A DNA stretch of 64,000 nucleotides. Origin: a phage. The stretch's first letter is position 1. Each line of letters opens with the position of its first letter. A program made the position numbers and the translations under genes. The notes beneath the pieces were generated by a model. It was given only the letters and a program-made list of their open reading frames with translations, made no database searches and was not told the DNA's origin. The stretch is taken from the sequence record NC_101837.1, one strand, 5' to 3'. This document shows positions 17,753-27,099 of the stretch, piece by piece.

Positions 17753-18802
17753 ATGAATTTAACACCTCGCAGCACCATGGTACACGGCATGAAAGAAAAA
17801 CAGAACGGTTTCGAACCTATGAGTAATAAAATGTTTGGTATGCCGGGCGGTATCATGGAAACATACAGCTACCCAACACCTGTTGTTGACCACGTTCTTT
17901 ATATCGACGATTTGGAGGACCTGCAGGATCATATGTCTCGTCTGCAGACGATCCGTATGGCTCAGCCGGAAGAAAGCATTCGTGTGATCATCAATAGCCC
18001 TGGTGGTTGCGTGCACATTGCAATGGCCTATCTGCAGGCATTCCGCGAGTCTCAGGCAAGCGTTGTTGCACATGCTGAAGGGATGTGCTGCTCTGCTGGA
18101 ACAATCTTATGGCTTGGTTGCAAAGAACGTACTGTGGCTCCGGACACAGAATTTATGTTCCACTACTATCAAGGTGGCACTTATGGTAACGGTGTTAACA
18201 TGAATACTCAGGTCAGCTACTGGAAAAAACGTTTTGAACACCTGATCGAAAAATACTACGGTGGGGTGCTGACAGAAGATGAGATCGCATCCATCACAGC
18301 TGGTGGCGAAGTGTGGTTGGACGGAGAAGAGTTGGCAGCACGCACTGGAGCTATTATTCTGGATGAAGGCAACATACAACGCATCCAGAACGGACAAAAA
18401 CCGAAAAAGCTTCTGGCAAAAGGTGATGAAGAAGGCGTGTTAGGTGAAGCAGGTCTTCCGGAGATTCATCAGTGCACATCTTTAGATGAGTTAGTTCATG
18501 CTGTTGAATCTGCAAAAGCGGGTGGTTCGAAAGGTGATGTTCACACTGTGTTCCTGAATCTGCAGATGGAAAGTGGCGAGACCGTCCGAATTGCCCTGGG
18601 TGAGATTACTTCAGAAGATCTGCAGAGATTCTCTGTCGTTGAACTTCAGGATATTCTGTCTCAATTGAAGACTACTCTGAACGGCGGTGAAGAGGTTAAG
18701 GTGAAAGATAAGACTCGCAAGCGTCTTGTGGACAATATTATTAAAACAGCAAAAGAGCTCAATGAAAAAATCCTTGGTGCAGGAATTGTCGAAGAAGCTT
18801 AA
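17753..18802 (+). CDS. ClpP-family serine peptidase with ~150 aa C-terminal extension
   Basis: ClpP-like Ser (GMCCSAGTILW) and His (MFHYYQGG) motifs; acidic/coiled C-terminal tail. Confidence 0.6.
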   Translation: MNLTPRSTMVHGMKEKQNGFEPMSNKMFGMPGGIMETYSYPTPVVDHVLYIDDLEDLQDHMSRLQTIRMAQPEESIRVIINSPGGCVHIAMAYLQAFRESQASVVAHAEGMCCSAGTILWLGCKERTVAPDTEFMFHYYQGGTYGNGVNMNTQVSYWKKRFEHLIEKYYGGVLTEDEIASITAGGEVWLDGEELAARTGAIILDEGNIQRIQNGQKPKKLLAKGDEEGVLGEAGLPEIHQCTSLDELVHAVESAKAGGSKGDVHTVFLNLQMESGETVRIALGEITSEDLQRFSVVELQDILSQLKTTLNGGEEVKVKDKTRKRLVDNIIKTAKELNEKILGAGIVEEA

Positions 18803-18813
18803 ACATTAATTCT

Positions 18814-18838
18814 AAAGCCCTCTTCGGAGGGCTTTTAT
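18814..18838 (+). terminator. intrinsic terminator
   Basis: AAGCCCTC-ttcg-GAGGGCTT hairpin followed by TTT. Confidence 0.7.
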
Positions 18839-18853
18839 GATCTGGAGATTTGC

Positions 18854-19387
18854 ATGACTTGTGCTAGAAAACCTGATGAACAACGTAACGCCTACGATGA
18901 GTATGTGACACCGGAATGGTGTGCAGAAGGGCTGTATGACCTTATTCCGTTCCCAGAAGACTGGACCTACTTAGAGCCTTGCAGGAATAGTGCCTCAGGT
19001 GTGTTCTACTCCCGTATGCCGTTAGGATCTGCATGGGGAGAAATCCAAGAAGGTGTTGACTATCTGAATACAGAATACAACCATGTTGACTGTATTATCA
19101 CCAACCCGCCGTACAGCCTGGCTCGTGAGTTTGTGAACAAGGCGTTGAAAGATGCCGACGTAGTTATTATGCTTTTGCGTCTTAATTTTCTGGAAAGCAA
19201 AGCCAGATTTGAATGGTGGCTTGATAATGCACCTACTACTGTGATCACAATATCTAAGCGTCCATCATTTCAATCAAACGGCAGAACTGACGGGCAAGCA
19301 TATGCATATTTTGTGTGGGATAAGAAAAACCGTTTAGACTTGCCGCCGTTTATGTGGTTGGCACCCCCAGAGGTAGACCTGAAATGA
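18854..19387 (+). CDS. small DNA N6-adenine methyltransferase (phage Dam-like, gamma-class)
   Basis: EYVTPEW, YLEPCRNSASGVF (motif I), ITNPPYS (motif IV); 177 aa. Confidence 0.6.
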   Translation: MTCARKPDEQRNAYDEYVTPEWCAEGLYDLIPFPEDWTYLEPCRNSASGVFYSRMPLGSAWGEIQEGVDYLNTEYNHVDCIITNPPYSLAREFVNKALKDADVVIMLLRLNFLESKARFEWWLDNAPTTVITISKRPSFQSNGRTDGQAYAYFVWDKKNRLDLPPFMWLAPPEVDLK

Positions 19388-19668
19388 AAATGAGTGCTAA
19401 GGACAAATTACACCAGCTAGCGCTAAAACGCCCTGTAACGCTCCCTGACGAGCTTAACTCCATTTATGATGCGATTGTAGGGGAGATACAAAATAAAGCG
19501 TTAGCAGGCTTTCTGGGGTGCGGATTTTCGATAAATCTACCCTCGCATCTCTCAGATTACTTCCCGCACATTGTTGGAGATTTAAGGGCAGGAGGTCTGC
19601 AGGTAGATGTTGTTGGCATCTCCCCAGAGAAAAATAATACGGTTGCCTACTTGACAGTAACCTGGTAG
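19384..19668 (+). CDS. hypothetical protein
   Basis: ATG overlapping upstream stop; 94 aa. Confidence 0.4.
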   Translation: MKMSAKDKLHQLALKRPVTLPDELNSIYDAIVGEIQNKALAGFLGCGFSINLPSHLSDYFPHIVGDLRAGGLQVDVVGISPEKNNTVAYLTVTW

Positions 19669-19704
19669 TTGTGTATTGTTGTTTTCAACAAGAGGGGGTC
19701 ATTT

Positions 19705-19944
19705 ATGTACAAGTCATTTTCAATCTACTCAAGACAGGCGAAACACTACACAGAGATCCTGATCACTCAGAAAAAATCTGTGGAAGGTGAGTGGGAATAT
19801 CACCATAAAATGTTGCGTCCAGACTGGGTTTTTGATAGACTTATTGCTATGATCCCTCTCGGAGAAGTATACCCTCTGACAGCCCATCGCGATGCTTGGG
19901 ATTTAATTGATTACATAGATTCATTTAAGGAGCCTAGATTATGA
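19705..19944 (+). CDS. hypothetical protein
   Basis: ATG after AGAGGGGG RBS. Confidence 0.35.
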   Translation: MYKSFSIYSRQAKHYTEILITQKKSVEGEWEYHHKMLRPDWVFDRLIAMIPLGEVYPLTAHRDAWDLIDYIDSFKEPRL

Positions 19945-20339
19945 AGATTGAGATTACTAAAGAAGGTAAGAAAGTGTCCGGCAACTATGCAACAGTAATT
20001 CGGGATTTAATGTTTGAAGCCACCAAGATCGGTACATCTAAAGTTGGTCAAACTGTTAGTGTGAAAAGTAATATCTCCACAGGAGAGAAGGTATTCATTG
20101 TGGTCAAAGGGCAGGATCCCGTGGAAGGAACAGTGGGCCGAGGTGGCTACCTGTGCATTTCTGAAGAGCCGCGTATGTTAGTGGCTGACGCTACTATGGG
20201 TGGGAAACGTGTGTGCGAGGCGGATGAGGTAATGATTATCCAACCTGTTGATCCAGATGACCCAGCAACTTGGGTGGTAGGAAATGAAATCTTCTCTTTA
20301 GAAGAGTTATCCTTCCCAGCACCGCGCTCTGTTCAGTAA
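19941..20339 (+). CDS. hypothetical protein (possible distant member of small acidic paralog family A)
   Basis: MKIEITKEG N-terminus, VKGQD core, acidic C-terminal region. Confidence 0.45.
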   Translation: MKIEITKEGKKVSGNYATVIRDLMFEATKIGTSKVGQTVSVKSNISTGEKVFIVVKGQDPVEGTVGRGGYLCISEEPRMLVADATMGGKRVCEADEVMIIQPVDPDDPATWVVGNEIFSLEELSFPAPRSVQ

Positions 20340-20376
20340 TAATTTATCTTACCAGGGACGGTAGGTAGGAGGTAGC

Positions 20377-20610
20377 ATGAAAGTTAAATTTCTTACAGAT
20401 TTAGGGTACCCTTCCTTGGTTGACTGTGTTGGTAAAATTGTGGAAGCAAAACGGCTATCTGCAAACGAGAATGTTGTCCTGGTTAAAGGGAAGGATTTAC
20501 TAGCTGCAGGTGCAGAGTCTGGCAGGATCTCTCCTGATTATATGTATTACCTATCTTTAAGTAATCTGCCAGAGCGAGGCGGTAAAGGCCTTGAAGTTGT
20601 GGAGGAGTGA
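20377..20610 (+). CDS. small acidic protein, paralog family A
   Basis: MKVKFL..., VLVKGKDLLAAGA, C-terminal EVVEE. Confidence 0.5.
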   Translation: MKVKFLTDLGYPSLVDCVGKIVEAKRLSANENVVLVKGKDLLAAGAESGRISPDYMYYLSLSNLPERGGKGLEVVEE

Positions 20611-21140
20611 CAGGTATGCTTCTGATTAACTGGGAAGACCTCTATGGGGACAAAGACCCTGTTGCGTTTGTTGATCGTAGGTGGAGATACACTGAAGAAC
20701 AACTGGCGGCAAAAAATCTAACTGCAAAACGCAGAAAGATCATCCAGTGCAAGTACAAATACGCACAGTTTGCTGCAAAAGTGTCTCCACAAATCGAGAG
20801 CTTTGTGCTTAAATTGTATGACGAGTACCTCAAATCCAAATTGGATTTTGTGCAGGTGTACCGTGCACAGGTACGACCAGATACCAACATGTGTAGATGG
20901 AAGGTTGTTTGTGAAGGTAAAGATTTGCCGCTCAGCTTGACAATTGAGTGGCGTTATGGGTATCATGAGTGTGGTCTGTATGATATTTGGGATGTCATTG
21001 TAGATCCTGCTAAGCATCTGAACACAGAGGAGCTGGAATATATCAATAAGGTTATTCTCGATATGTTTTTCAGCTACACACATGAAAACTCTGAGAAAGA
21101 ACGGGATAATTTTCTTGACACCCTCAGCGACCATTTGTAG
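20607..21140 (+). CDS. hypothetical protein
   Basis: 177 aa ORF. Confidence 0.45.
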   Translation: MTGMLLINWEDLYGDKDPVAFVDRRWRYTEEQLAAKNLTAKRRKIIQCKYKYAQFAAKVSPQIESFVLKLYDEYLKSKLDFVQVYRAQVRPDTNMCRWKVVCEGKDLPLSLTIEWRYGYHECGLYDIWDVIVDPAKHLNTEELEYINKVILDMFFSYTHENSEKERDNFLDTLSDHL

Positions 21141-21170
21141 TATACAATTTAACCTACAAAGGGAGGACCA

Positions 21171-21398
21171 ATGAGTATAAATGTTGTGCTAATAGGTTAC
21201 CTGGTAATGTCCGTTATAACAGCGGTATTCTTGACAGGTGTATGCATCGTGTCCAGACGAAGGGTGAAGTTTGATGATTTTATCACCATCATCACTGCTG
21301 CACCTTTTTGGCCTGTTGTTATCTTCATCGTAATAATGTGCCTAGTTGATTACTACAAGAATATCAGGAAGGAGAGTAGGGATGGAGACCGCACCTAA
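21171..21398 (+). CDS. small membrane protein
   Basis: Two hydrophobic segments, GGAGG RBS. Confidence 0.45.
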   Translation: MSINVVLIGYLVMSVITAVFLTGVCIVSRRRVKFDDFITIITAAPFWPVVIFIVIMCLVDYYKNIRKESRDGDRT

Positions 21399-21617
21399 AA
21401 CTATCTATACTGTTCTTAAAGAGATTGCGTTCTACGCAGATCTTAGCCAGGCACCTTTATGGGAAAAGAGCATGTATTTAAAATGGTGCGTTAATTTAGG
21501 GAGACCTTCCAGTGTTTCAAGCCATGTTTATTGAGATGCTATCTGGGATATTGTTACTGGTAGCCATCTTAGGTGGTGCAGTTCTGATGTATAACTATCT
21601 TGAAAAAGGAGACAGCA

Positions 21618-21803
21618 ATGGTAAAAAATAAATCTTTAGAGCAGGCTGAAAACCTTCTCCACGAGCTGGTAAAGGAGTGGAAAGTTGAATACTCAGATTT
21701 TAATGCACGAGAGGGTGAAGATTATTGGCCTACGGAGCGCTCAGAGGGCGAATGGTATCAAGATTTTATAGAGTGGTTATATCAGACGTGCGATGAGGGG
21801 TGA
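21618..21803 (+). CDS. hypothetical small acidic protein
   Basis: ATG after AAAGGAGA RBS (MVKNKSLEQ...). Confidence 0.4.
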   Translation: MVKNKSLEQAENLLHELVKEWKVEYSDFNAREGEDYWPTERSEGEWYQDFIEWLYQTCDEG

Positions 21804-22270
21804 CGATGTTTGTTAAATATGTAAAAACGTGCCTCAACAGTCTTGGCAGAGAGCATTGGTACACCTTGCTTGAAAAAGGGGAAATTTTAACAAAATCTGG
21901 AAAGATAACTTTGATACCTCTTGATAGTAAAGGTAAAGACCCGTCACGACTTGTTATAGATGATTACGTTACAGGTGTGACGTTCGAGGTCTCTGTGGAG
22001 AGGTTAATACGCAGAGCTGGCGGCCCTTATGACCGAAGAGAGTATGTTTTCGATTCCGTTACAGAGATGGGGGAGCATCCGTCTTTAATGTTCAGGATGG
22101 TAATCAGAGATATGAGGTCATCTATAGATAGGATCGTAAAGGACATTAAGGAACCTTTTAGAGTAAAAGTTAAGAAGTTTTTCGATTCTAAGATTAACAT
22201 ACTCGCCGTTGCACTAGGTGTAGTTCAACTTCTGTTAATTTTGCACTATTTTGAACTACTATTTAAGTAG
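21800..22270 (+). CDS. hypothetical protein with C-terminal transmembrane anchor
   Basis: C-terminal ILAVALGVVQLLLILHYF hydrophobic helix. Confidence 0.45.
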   Translation: MTMFVKYVKTCLNSLGREHWYTLLEKGEILTKSGKITLIPLDSKGKDPSRLVIDDYVTGVTFEVSVERLIRRAGGPYDRREYVFDSVTEMGEHPSLMFRMVIRDMRSSIDRIVKDIKEPFRVKVKKFFDSKINILAVALGVVQLLLILHYFELLFK

Positions 22271-22332
22271 TAGTTGAGATATGGCACAAAGGATGTGCCA
22301 TAGTGAAATAAACTAAGAAAGAGGTAGAGAGA

Positions 22333-22680
22333 ATGCCAAAGATTAAAACGTTATTACTGTGGGTAGCTGTTTTAGCTTTTATAGGGTACTGGACTTGGGA
22401 AACTGAATTAAAAGATATCGGATATACCAGTCTTGAGAGCAAGGCGTGCATTGGCATAACCGATGCGTTCAGGCAAAATGCTATGGATCATGAATGTGTT
22501 GATGCAGATATAGATGAGAAACTGTCTAAGGACAAAGATTTTTACCATGGGCATGCTTTACTTGATAGTGGTGACACTGTAGAGTTCTGGTCGTGGTTTC
22601 GTGAAGATGGAACAATAAAAACAGCAGTAAAGATCTCTAACAAAGAGTTAATGCTGTTGCAGCAAAAGGAGGCTCAATGA
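22333..22680 (+). CDS. hypothetical protein with N-terminal signal-anchor
   Basis: N-terminal LLLWVAVLAFIGYW hydrophobic segment. Confidence 0.45.
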   Translation: MPKIKTLLLWVAVLAFIGYWTWETELKDIGYTSLESKACIGITDAFRQNAMDHECVDADIDEKLSKDKDFYHGHALLDSGDTVEFWSWFREDGTIKTAVKISNKELMLLQQKEAQ

Positions 22681-22964
22681 TCTGGATATCCTATGCTGAT
22701 GGTACCATGCTGTATACTGCAGGTACCAGATATGAAGTTCAGGAGAACGATAAAAAATTTATCGTAAAAACATTTGACAAGGACGACAACCTTTTGCTAG
22801 AATTGACTTACAAAGTTGGAGAGGTATCCAATATCCAGTTGGATTGTGGTCATAAAGATAATCCACTCAAAAAACCTGGAGTAGGTAAGGCTTCAGAAGA
22901 ACGTCTGTCTCGTATTGCAGAAAGCGTTTCTCCCCAAAAATCTAAGAAGAGGACTAGAAAATGA
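22677..22964 (+). CDS. hypothetical protein
   Basis: 95 aa, translationally coupled. Confidence 0.45.
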   Translation: MIWISYADGTMLYTAGTRYEVQENDKKFIVKTFDKDDNLLLELTYKVGEVSNIQLDCGHKDNPLKKPGVGKASEERLSRIAESVSPQKSKKRTRK

Positions 22965-23155
22965 AAAACTTACGTTTTAACACTTATTACTACAACACAT
23001 TGAATGATTTGTATTATATTGTTCGAAGTAAAAGTCCTGAAACAGTCCTATTCTGCCGCGAACCTTTCAAAGGGGAGGAAGTAGAGTCTGAGATGAATGT
23101 TAGCCAGATCACCTCTTTGTTGCTCTCAGGCGCAATGGAAGAAGCAATATTCTAA
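22961..23155 (+). CDS. hypothetical small protein
   Basis: 64 aa, coupled start. Confidence 0.4.
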   Translation: MKNLRFNTYYYNTLNDLYYIVRSKSPETVLFCREPFKGEEVESEMNVSQITSLLLSGAMEEAIF

Positions 23156-23173
23156 ACCAGGCAGGAGGGTTTT

Positions 23174-23362
23174 ATGAAGCACTATTGCCTGTCTGGTAGA
23201 ATGGGTGCAGATTGTGATTGGGTTTTCTTAAAACTTGTCAGCATTCGAGAGTTCATCCCAGAGGAAGAGCAAGAAAGCGAGCTGATGTCATGGATCAACC
23301 ATTACGGTAACACTTTTCGGCATGTTAAGGTAGAAGAGTTGCCAAGCGAGGCTGAATTATGA
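23174..23362 (+). CDS. hypothetical small protein
   Basis: 62 aa, GGAGGG RBS. Confidence 0.4.
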   Translation: MKHYCLSGRMGADCDWVFLKLVSIREFIPEEEQESELMSWINHYGNTFRHVKVEELPSEAEL

Positions 23363-23655
23363 AACTTTTTGAGTGGTTTAAAAAGTTTAAATATAAAGCT
23401 GTAGCCATCGTGCCGTGGTCCATTCAGTGGGTTGATGAAGGTGGTCTACCGATACCTGGTGACAAAGATACTGGGTACTGGATTATGATGGAGAACGGGT
23501 TTGGAAAGCGAAAGTATACGTGCACAAACTCTACTCGATCTGCACTTAATAGAGTGCCTGGTTACAAACTTATGGTTGTGTGGAAAATGTCAGGCGTGCC
23601 TCCAGCCAATGCTCAATTTCTTACTGACAATCCGACCACGGTAGAGGGAGATTGA
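23359..23655 (+). CDS. hypothetical protein
   Basis: 98 aa, coupled start. Confidence 0.45.
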   Translation: MKLFEWFKKFKYKAVAIVPWSIQWVDEGGLPIPGDKDTGYWIMMENGFGKRKYTCTNSTRSALNRVPGYKLMVVWKMSGVPPANAQFLTDNPTTVEGD

Positions 23656-23657
23656 TA

Positions 23658-23939
23658 ATGAAAAAGATTAACAGTAGTGAAGTAGAGTTTAAACTTGTCG
23701 GAAAAGGCACTTACTGGGAAGTTCGTCAAAAGGTATATTTGTTCGGTCTTATTCCCTACTGGTCTAAATTCTACTGGGGAGCTAACGAGTTGGGAAGATA
23801 CGCCACCAAATCAATGGCACTTATTGGTATAGCAGAGTACATTGCAGCCCGAGACAGGGTTGGAACCACTTATTACTACACTGCTGACGATATTCGTAAC
23901 AGTGTTTACGTCCCACAACCACCTGATGGAGACCGTTGA
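23658..23939 (+). CDS. hypothetical protein
   Basis: ATG after GGAGGGAG RBS (ORF-track start 23652 is TTG). Confidence 0.45.
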   Translation: MKKINSSEVEFKLVGKGTYWEVRQKVYLFGLIPYWSKFYWGANELGRYATKSMALIGIAEYIAARDRVGTTYYYTADDIRNSVYVPQPPDGDR

Positions 23940-24163
23940 TGAAAGTTAAAGTTTTAGATTCAAGCTTCTATATTGGTCAGGAGCCTTTAGTAGGAAAAGT
24001 GTTTACTGCTGTCCCTAACGAAGATTACCCTGACCTTTTAAAAATAAAAGGAGCAGATCTTATTGCCGCTGGTGCATCTCAGGAATGCTTTGACAGTCAG
24101 TGGACCTATAACTTTGCCCTAGGTGAGGATGTAGAGGTAGTGGAGGACGATCATGAAGGTTAA
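23939..24163 (+). CDS. small acidic protein, paralog family A
   Basis: MKVKVLDSSFYIGQ..., KGADLIAAGA, C-terminal EVVEDD. Confidence 0.5.
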   Translation: MKVKVLDSSFYIGQEPLVGKVFTAVPNEDYPDLLKIKGADLIAAGASQECFDSQWTYNFALGEDVEVVEDDHEG

Positions 24164-24407
24164 AATTCTTGATTCTAACGTCTACTTGGGACAATCCTTC
24201 CTGAATGGAAAGGTCGTTCCTGCGGTATACTTTGAAGGGTTGCCGTGGGATGATCCTGTGCGGCAACATCACAGTTATGTAGGCCACAACGTGGTGTTTA
24301 TCTTGGGATCAGACCTGATCACCGCTGGTGCACCTGAATATTATTTCGGGGAAGAGTCCTACTATGCCTTTGGGGTAGGGTCAGATGCAGATATTGTAGA
24401 GCTGTGA
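24153..24407 (+). CDS. small acidic protein, paralog family A (tandem duplicate of 23939-24163)
   Basis: MKVKILDSNVYLGQ..., GSDLITAGA, C-terminal DIVEL. Confidence 0.5.
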   Translation: MKVKILDSNVYLGQSFLNGKVVPAVYFEGLPWDDPVRQHHSYVGHNVVFILGSDLITAGAPEYYFGEESYYAFGVGSDADIVEL

Positions 24408-24419
24408 TGGGTAACCGTT

Positions 24420-24818
24420 GTGAAAAATAAACTGTTTAAAGTTACAATGAAAATTCGCGGGGCTTGGAGCGTAAAGCAAGGGCGTATCCCAGAATTTGAG
24501 AAAGACTTCTACGTAGTCTCCACCTCGGAGGAGGCTGCATGCTGGCAGGCTGGCTATGCATATGCAAGAACCTGGTACGAAGGATACCAGACTGGTGGCT
24601 ATGACGGAGAAATTATCAGCAAGGGTGTAGAAGAAATTAATGTGTTGACAAGTGAAAAAGTTTTTGTTATAGTGCATCCAGATTCCAGAGTGAAGCATTA
24701 CTGGAATGCCAGAACAAAAACTTGGACACCGTTTGCAGATTCTGCTACACCACTTTTAAACCAGAAAGCTCTTGACTCTGTCCCGAGCTATGGGGTTGTT
24801 GAAGAAAAGCTAAACTGA
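24420..24818 (+). CDS. hypothetical protein, paralog family B (start uncertain)
   Basis: Shares EKVFVIVHP.S...YW......WTP block with 26625-27020. Confidence 0.45.
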   Translation: MKNKLFKVTMKIRGAWSVKQGRIPEFEKDFYVVSTSEEAACWQAGYAYARTWYEGYQTGGYDGEIISKGVEEINVLTSEKVFVIVHPDSRVKHYWNARTKTWTPFADSATPLLNQKALDSVPSYGVVEEKLN

Positions 24819-24835
24819 AACGGTGAGGTACTAAC

Positions 24836-25126
24836 ATGATGGATTTAGTTCTAGACACTGATAACACCGGAGCGTTTAAAAAGGATGGTGTAACAAGCGT
24901 TGACCAATCATTCCCTGCCAAGATTGACTCAAAATGGACCTACAAGTTTGATGGAGAGATCTTCGCAAATGATGAGAAGGTTGTAGATGCTGCAGCCATT
25001 TTGAACGCTCTAGGGTACGACCCTGTGAATTCTTTGATCAAGGATCCTGTTGAGTTTGCAGAGTATGTTCGAAAAATGGCAGATCTTGCTGTGGATATTT
25101 TAAAAACTATCGACAACAATCTGTAA
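24836..25126 (+). CDS. hypothetical acidic protein
   Basis: 96 aa, GGTGAGG RBS. Confidence 0.45.
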   Translation: MMDLVLDTDNTGAFKKDGVTSVDQSFPAKIDSKWTYKFDGEIFANDEKVVDAAAILNALGYDPVNSLIKDPVEFAEYVRKMADLAVDILKTIDNNL

Positions 25127-25132
25127 AAACTG

Positions 25133-25161
25133 TTGACACAACGCTTCAGATTTAGTATCAT
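25133..25161 (+). promoter_or_regulatory. sigma70-like promoter upstream of HPF-like gene
   Basis: TTGACA-17 nt-TATCAT. Confidence 0.5.
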
Positions 25162-25208
25162 TGTTTTCAAAGAGGGTTTGGTTCCCTCTTCTTTAAAAGG
25201 AACACGTT

Positions 25209-25526
25209 ATGCAAATTGAAATCACTGGCAACGTAGAAATCACTGAAGGTATGGTGTCTTTCATTTCCCACAAAATGTCTAAGCTGGAGCGTTTGCATCC
25301 CTCTGCCAACTATGCACGTGTGAGTGTAAAAGTTGAAAATGATCACCAGGAAGTTATGGCGTTCATTTTTGACAATTCTGGAAAAGAAGTTATTGCCAAA
25401 GCTAAAGGCAGTGATGCTTACGAGGCAACTGACCGTATGGTAGATGTTGCAGCACGTCAACTGGCTAAATGCGGTGGAAAGAGAGGTAAGGGGAAAGGCA
25501 AAGTAAAGATTGACTTTAGAGAATGA
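25209..25526 (+). CDS. hpf: ribosome hibernation promoting factor / RaiA (YfiA) family homolog
   Basis: MQIEITGNVEITEGM...KLE...VKVEN...KAKGSDAYEATDRMVDVAARQLAK matches the HPF/RaiA family pattern along its length, as recalled (not computed). Confidence 0.75.
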   Translation: MQIEITGNVEITEGMVSFISHKMSKLERLHPSANYARVSVKVENDHQEVMAFIFDNSGKEVIAKAKGSDAYEATDRMVDVAARQLAKCGGKRGKGKGKVKIDFRE

Positions 25527-25535
25527 GGTGCTACA

Positions 25536-25637
25536 ATGGGTGTGATCAAGAAATTAGTCCCAAATGTAGAGATTGCATGCTTTGAAATTATGTTTGCAAT
25601 CGCAGTTGTAGTTAATGTGTTAGGTTACGGCTATTAA
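25536..25637 (+). CDS. 33-aa hydrophobic micro-protein (not in ORF track)
   Basis: ATG after GAGGTG RBS; one predicted TM helix. Confidence 0.3.
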   Translation: MGVIKKLVPNVEIACFEIMFAIAVVVNVLGYGY

Positions 25638-25663
25638 TATCAAATAATTGAGGAGACCTCTAA

Positions 25664-25933
25664 ATGAAAATTAAATTATTCAAAACTGAGCTGGCAGACA
25701 AAAACTGTGGACTGGTTGAAGGTATGATTGTCGAAGCACAACCAGTTGACTATATGAAGGTGGTTCGTGATGCCCTGGGTGAAGGTTTTGATCTGATGGA
25801 GCCAGCTCTGCGAGAAGATGTTATCGAGATGGCTAAAAAGCACACACCTGAAGGCATGGTGGTGTTTGTTGCACCGGGTAACGGAGAAGAGTTGATTGTA
25901 ACTCCGGATGTGTATGAGATTGTAGAGGAATAA
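25664..25933 (+). CDS. small acidic protein, paralog family A
   Basis: MKIKLFKTE..., C-terminal YEIVEE. Confidence 0.5.
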   Translation: MKIKLFKTELADKNCGLVEGMIVEAQPVDYMKVVRDALGEGFDLMEPALREDVIEMAKKHTPEGMVVFVAPGNGEELIVTPDVYEIVEE

Positions 25934-26024
25934 TCCTGCTTGGATTAGCATACTTCCTCGATAAGGAAGGTTTGTAATTATTTGTGGGAAAGGAATCCCA
26001 ATCTCTTACCAGAGGTGATACTAT

Positions 26025-26288
26025 ATGATTGTTTATTTTAAAACTTCAGGTGGATACCCTGATTCTCAAAGCTTGATCGGAAAAACGTGCACAGCATACT
26101 CACCTCTTGATGAGGAGGTAGGCGATATTCTACGAAATATGTATCGGATTGATCCTCAAGAAGCTTTTGATCAAAACCTTGTATTTGTCAAGGGCTCAGA
26201 CATGAAGTCTTTGGGAGCATTCCCTGAAGCAGATGATGATGCCGTTTATTCGTTCATGACCCCTTTTGAAGCTATGGTTGTTGGGTGA
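26025..26288 (+). CDS. small acidic protein, family A-like
   Basis: VFVKGSDMKSLGA core. Confidence 0.45.
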   Translation: MIVYFKTSGGYPDSQSLIGKTCTAYSPLDEEVGDILRNMYRIDPQEAFDQNLVFVKGSDMKSLGAFPEADDDAVYSFMTPFEAMVVG

Positions 26289-26292
26289 TAAT

Positions 26293-26625
26293 ATGAAAGT
26301 ACGCTTTATTGGTGAAACAATTCCTGTGCATCTCCGGTCGCCTGAGGATTCTGCAGATCTTGCATCTCAAAAGGCGAGAGGTTATGATAAGAAAGTAACC
26401 TCAACTGATGTAGTGCTTGAGGCTACTAGTCTACCTGACCCTGCTGCATTCTTTAATCATTATGGGTACTATTTCAGCAATCTGATGAATATCGGTGAGC
26501 TTGTGTTTATTAGTGGTGGAGAAATTGTTAGCAAGCTTGGCGGCGATCCGGATATCTTTCATGAAACCTGTCCTTTTGCATTTGTAGTAGGTTCAGATGT
26601 GGAAGTTATTGAGGAGGTGCGGTAA
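26293..26625 (+). CDS. small acidic protein, family A-like
   Basis: MKVRFIGE..., C-terminal VEVIEEVR. Confidence 0.45.
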   Translation: MKVRFIGETIPVHLRSPEDSADLASQKARGYDKKVTSTDVVLEATSLPDPAAFFNHYGYYFSNLMNIGELVFISGGEIVSKLGGDPDIFHETCPFAFVVGSDVEVIEEVR

Positions 26626-27020
26626 TGGTAAGCCTATACCGTGTTGAGTATAGCTCAGATACTGTATACAACGTAAGAAGCAAAGATCGCAGCGACAGAG
26701 TGCAAGAAATGTATGTTCTTGCCGACAGTCCGTTATCTGCAGCGTTCAAGGCAGGGGCTCTTGCATCTCGTTGGAAATTTGAAGGTGGATCTTTCTATGA
26801 AGAAACCCTTGAAGATTCTGTTGTTATTTCTTCTGTAGAGGTTTCAGATGACTACGAAGGGAAAAAGTTCGTAATGCGGCACCCACACAGCAACATTGCG
26901 TACTACTGGGATGTTCTGAACAACGAGTGGACCCCAGATCTTCAGAAGGCTACTGTGCTAACACCGTTTTTGGCAGATAAGTTCCCACCAGAAGGTAATT
27001 TATCCGCACTGTTTCAGTAA
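26625..27020 (+). CDS. hypothetical protein, paralog family B
   Basis: KKFVMRHPHSNIAYYWDVLNNEWTP block shared with 24420-24818. Confidence 0.45.
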   Translation: MVSLYRVEYSSDTVYNVRSKDRSDRVQEMYVLADSPLSAAFKAGALASRWKFEGGSFYEETLEDSVVISSVEVSDDYEGKKFVMRHPHSNIAYYWDVLNNEWTPDLQKATVLTPFLADKFPPEGNLSALFQ

Positions 27021-27038
27021 TTTTCTTGCACACAGGTG

Positions 27039-27067
27039 TTGACAACGCCAACCCTGTGTGAAATAAT
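27039..27067 (+). promoter_or_regulatory. sigma70-like promoter with flanking palindrome
   Basis: TTGACA-17 nt-AATAAT; CACAGG...CCTGTG inverted repeat brackets the -35. Confidence 0.5.
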
Positions 27068-27099
27068 ACCTTCATCTTAACAAGACAGGGGACCGATTG

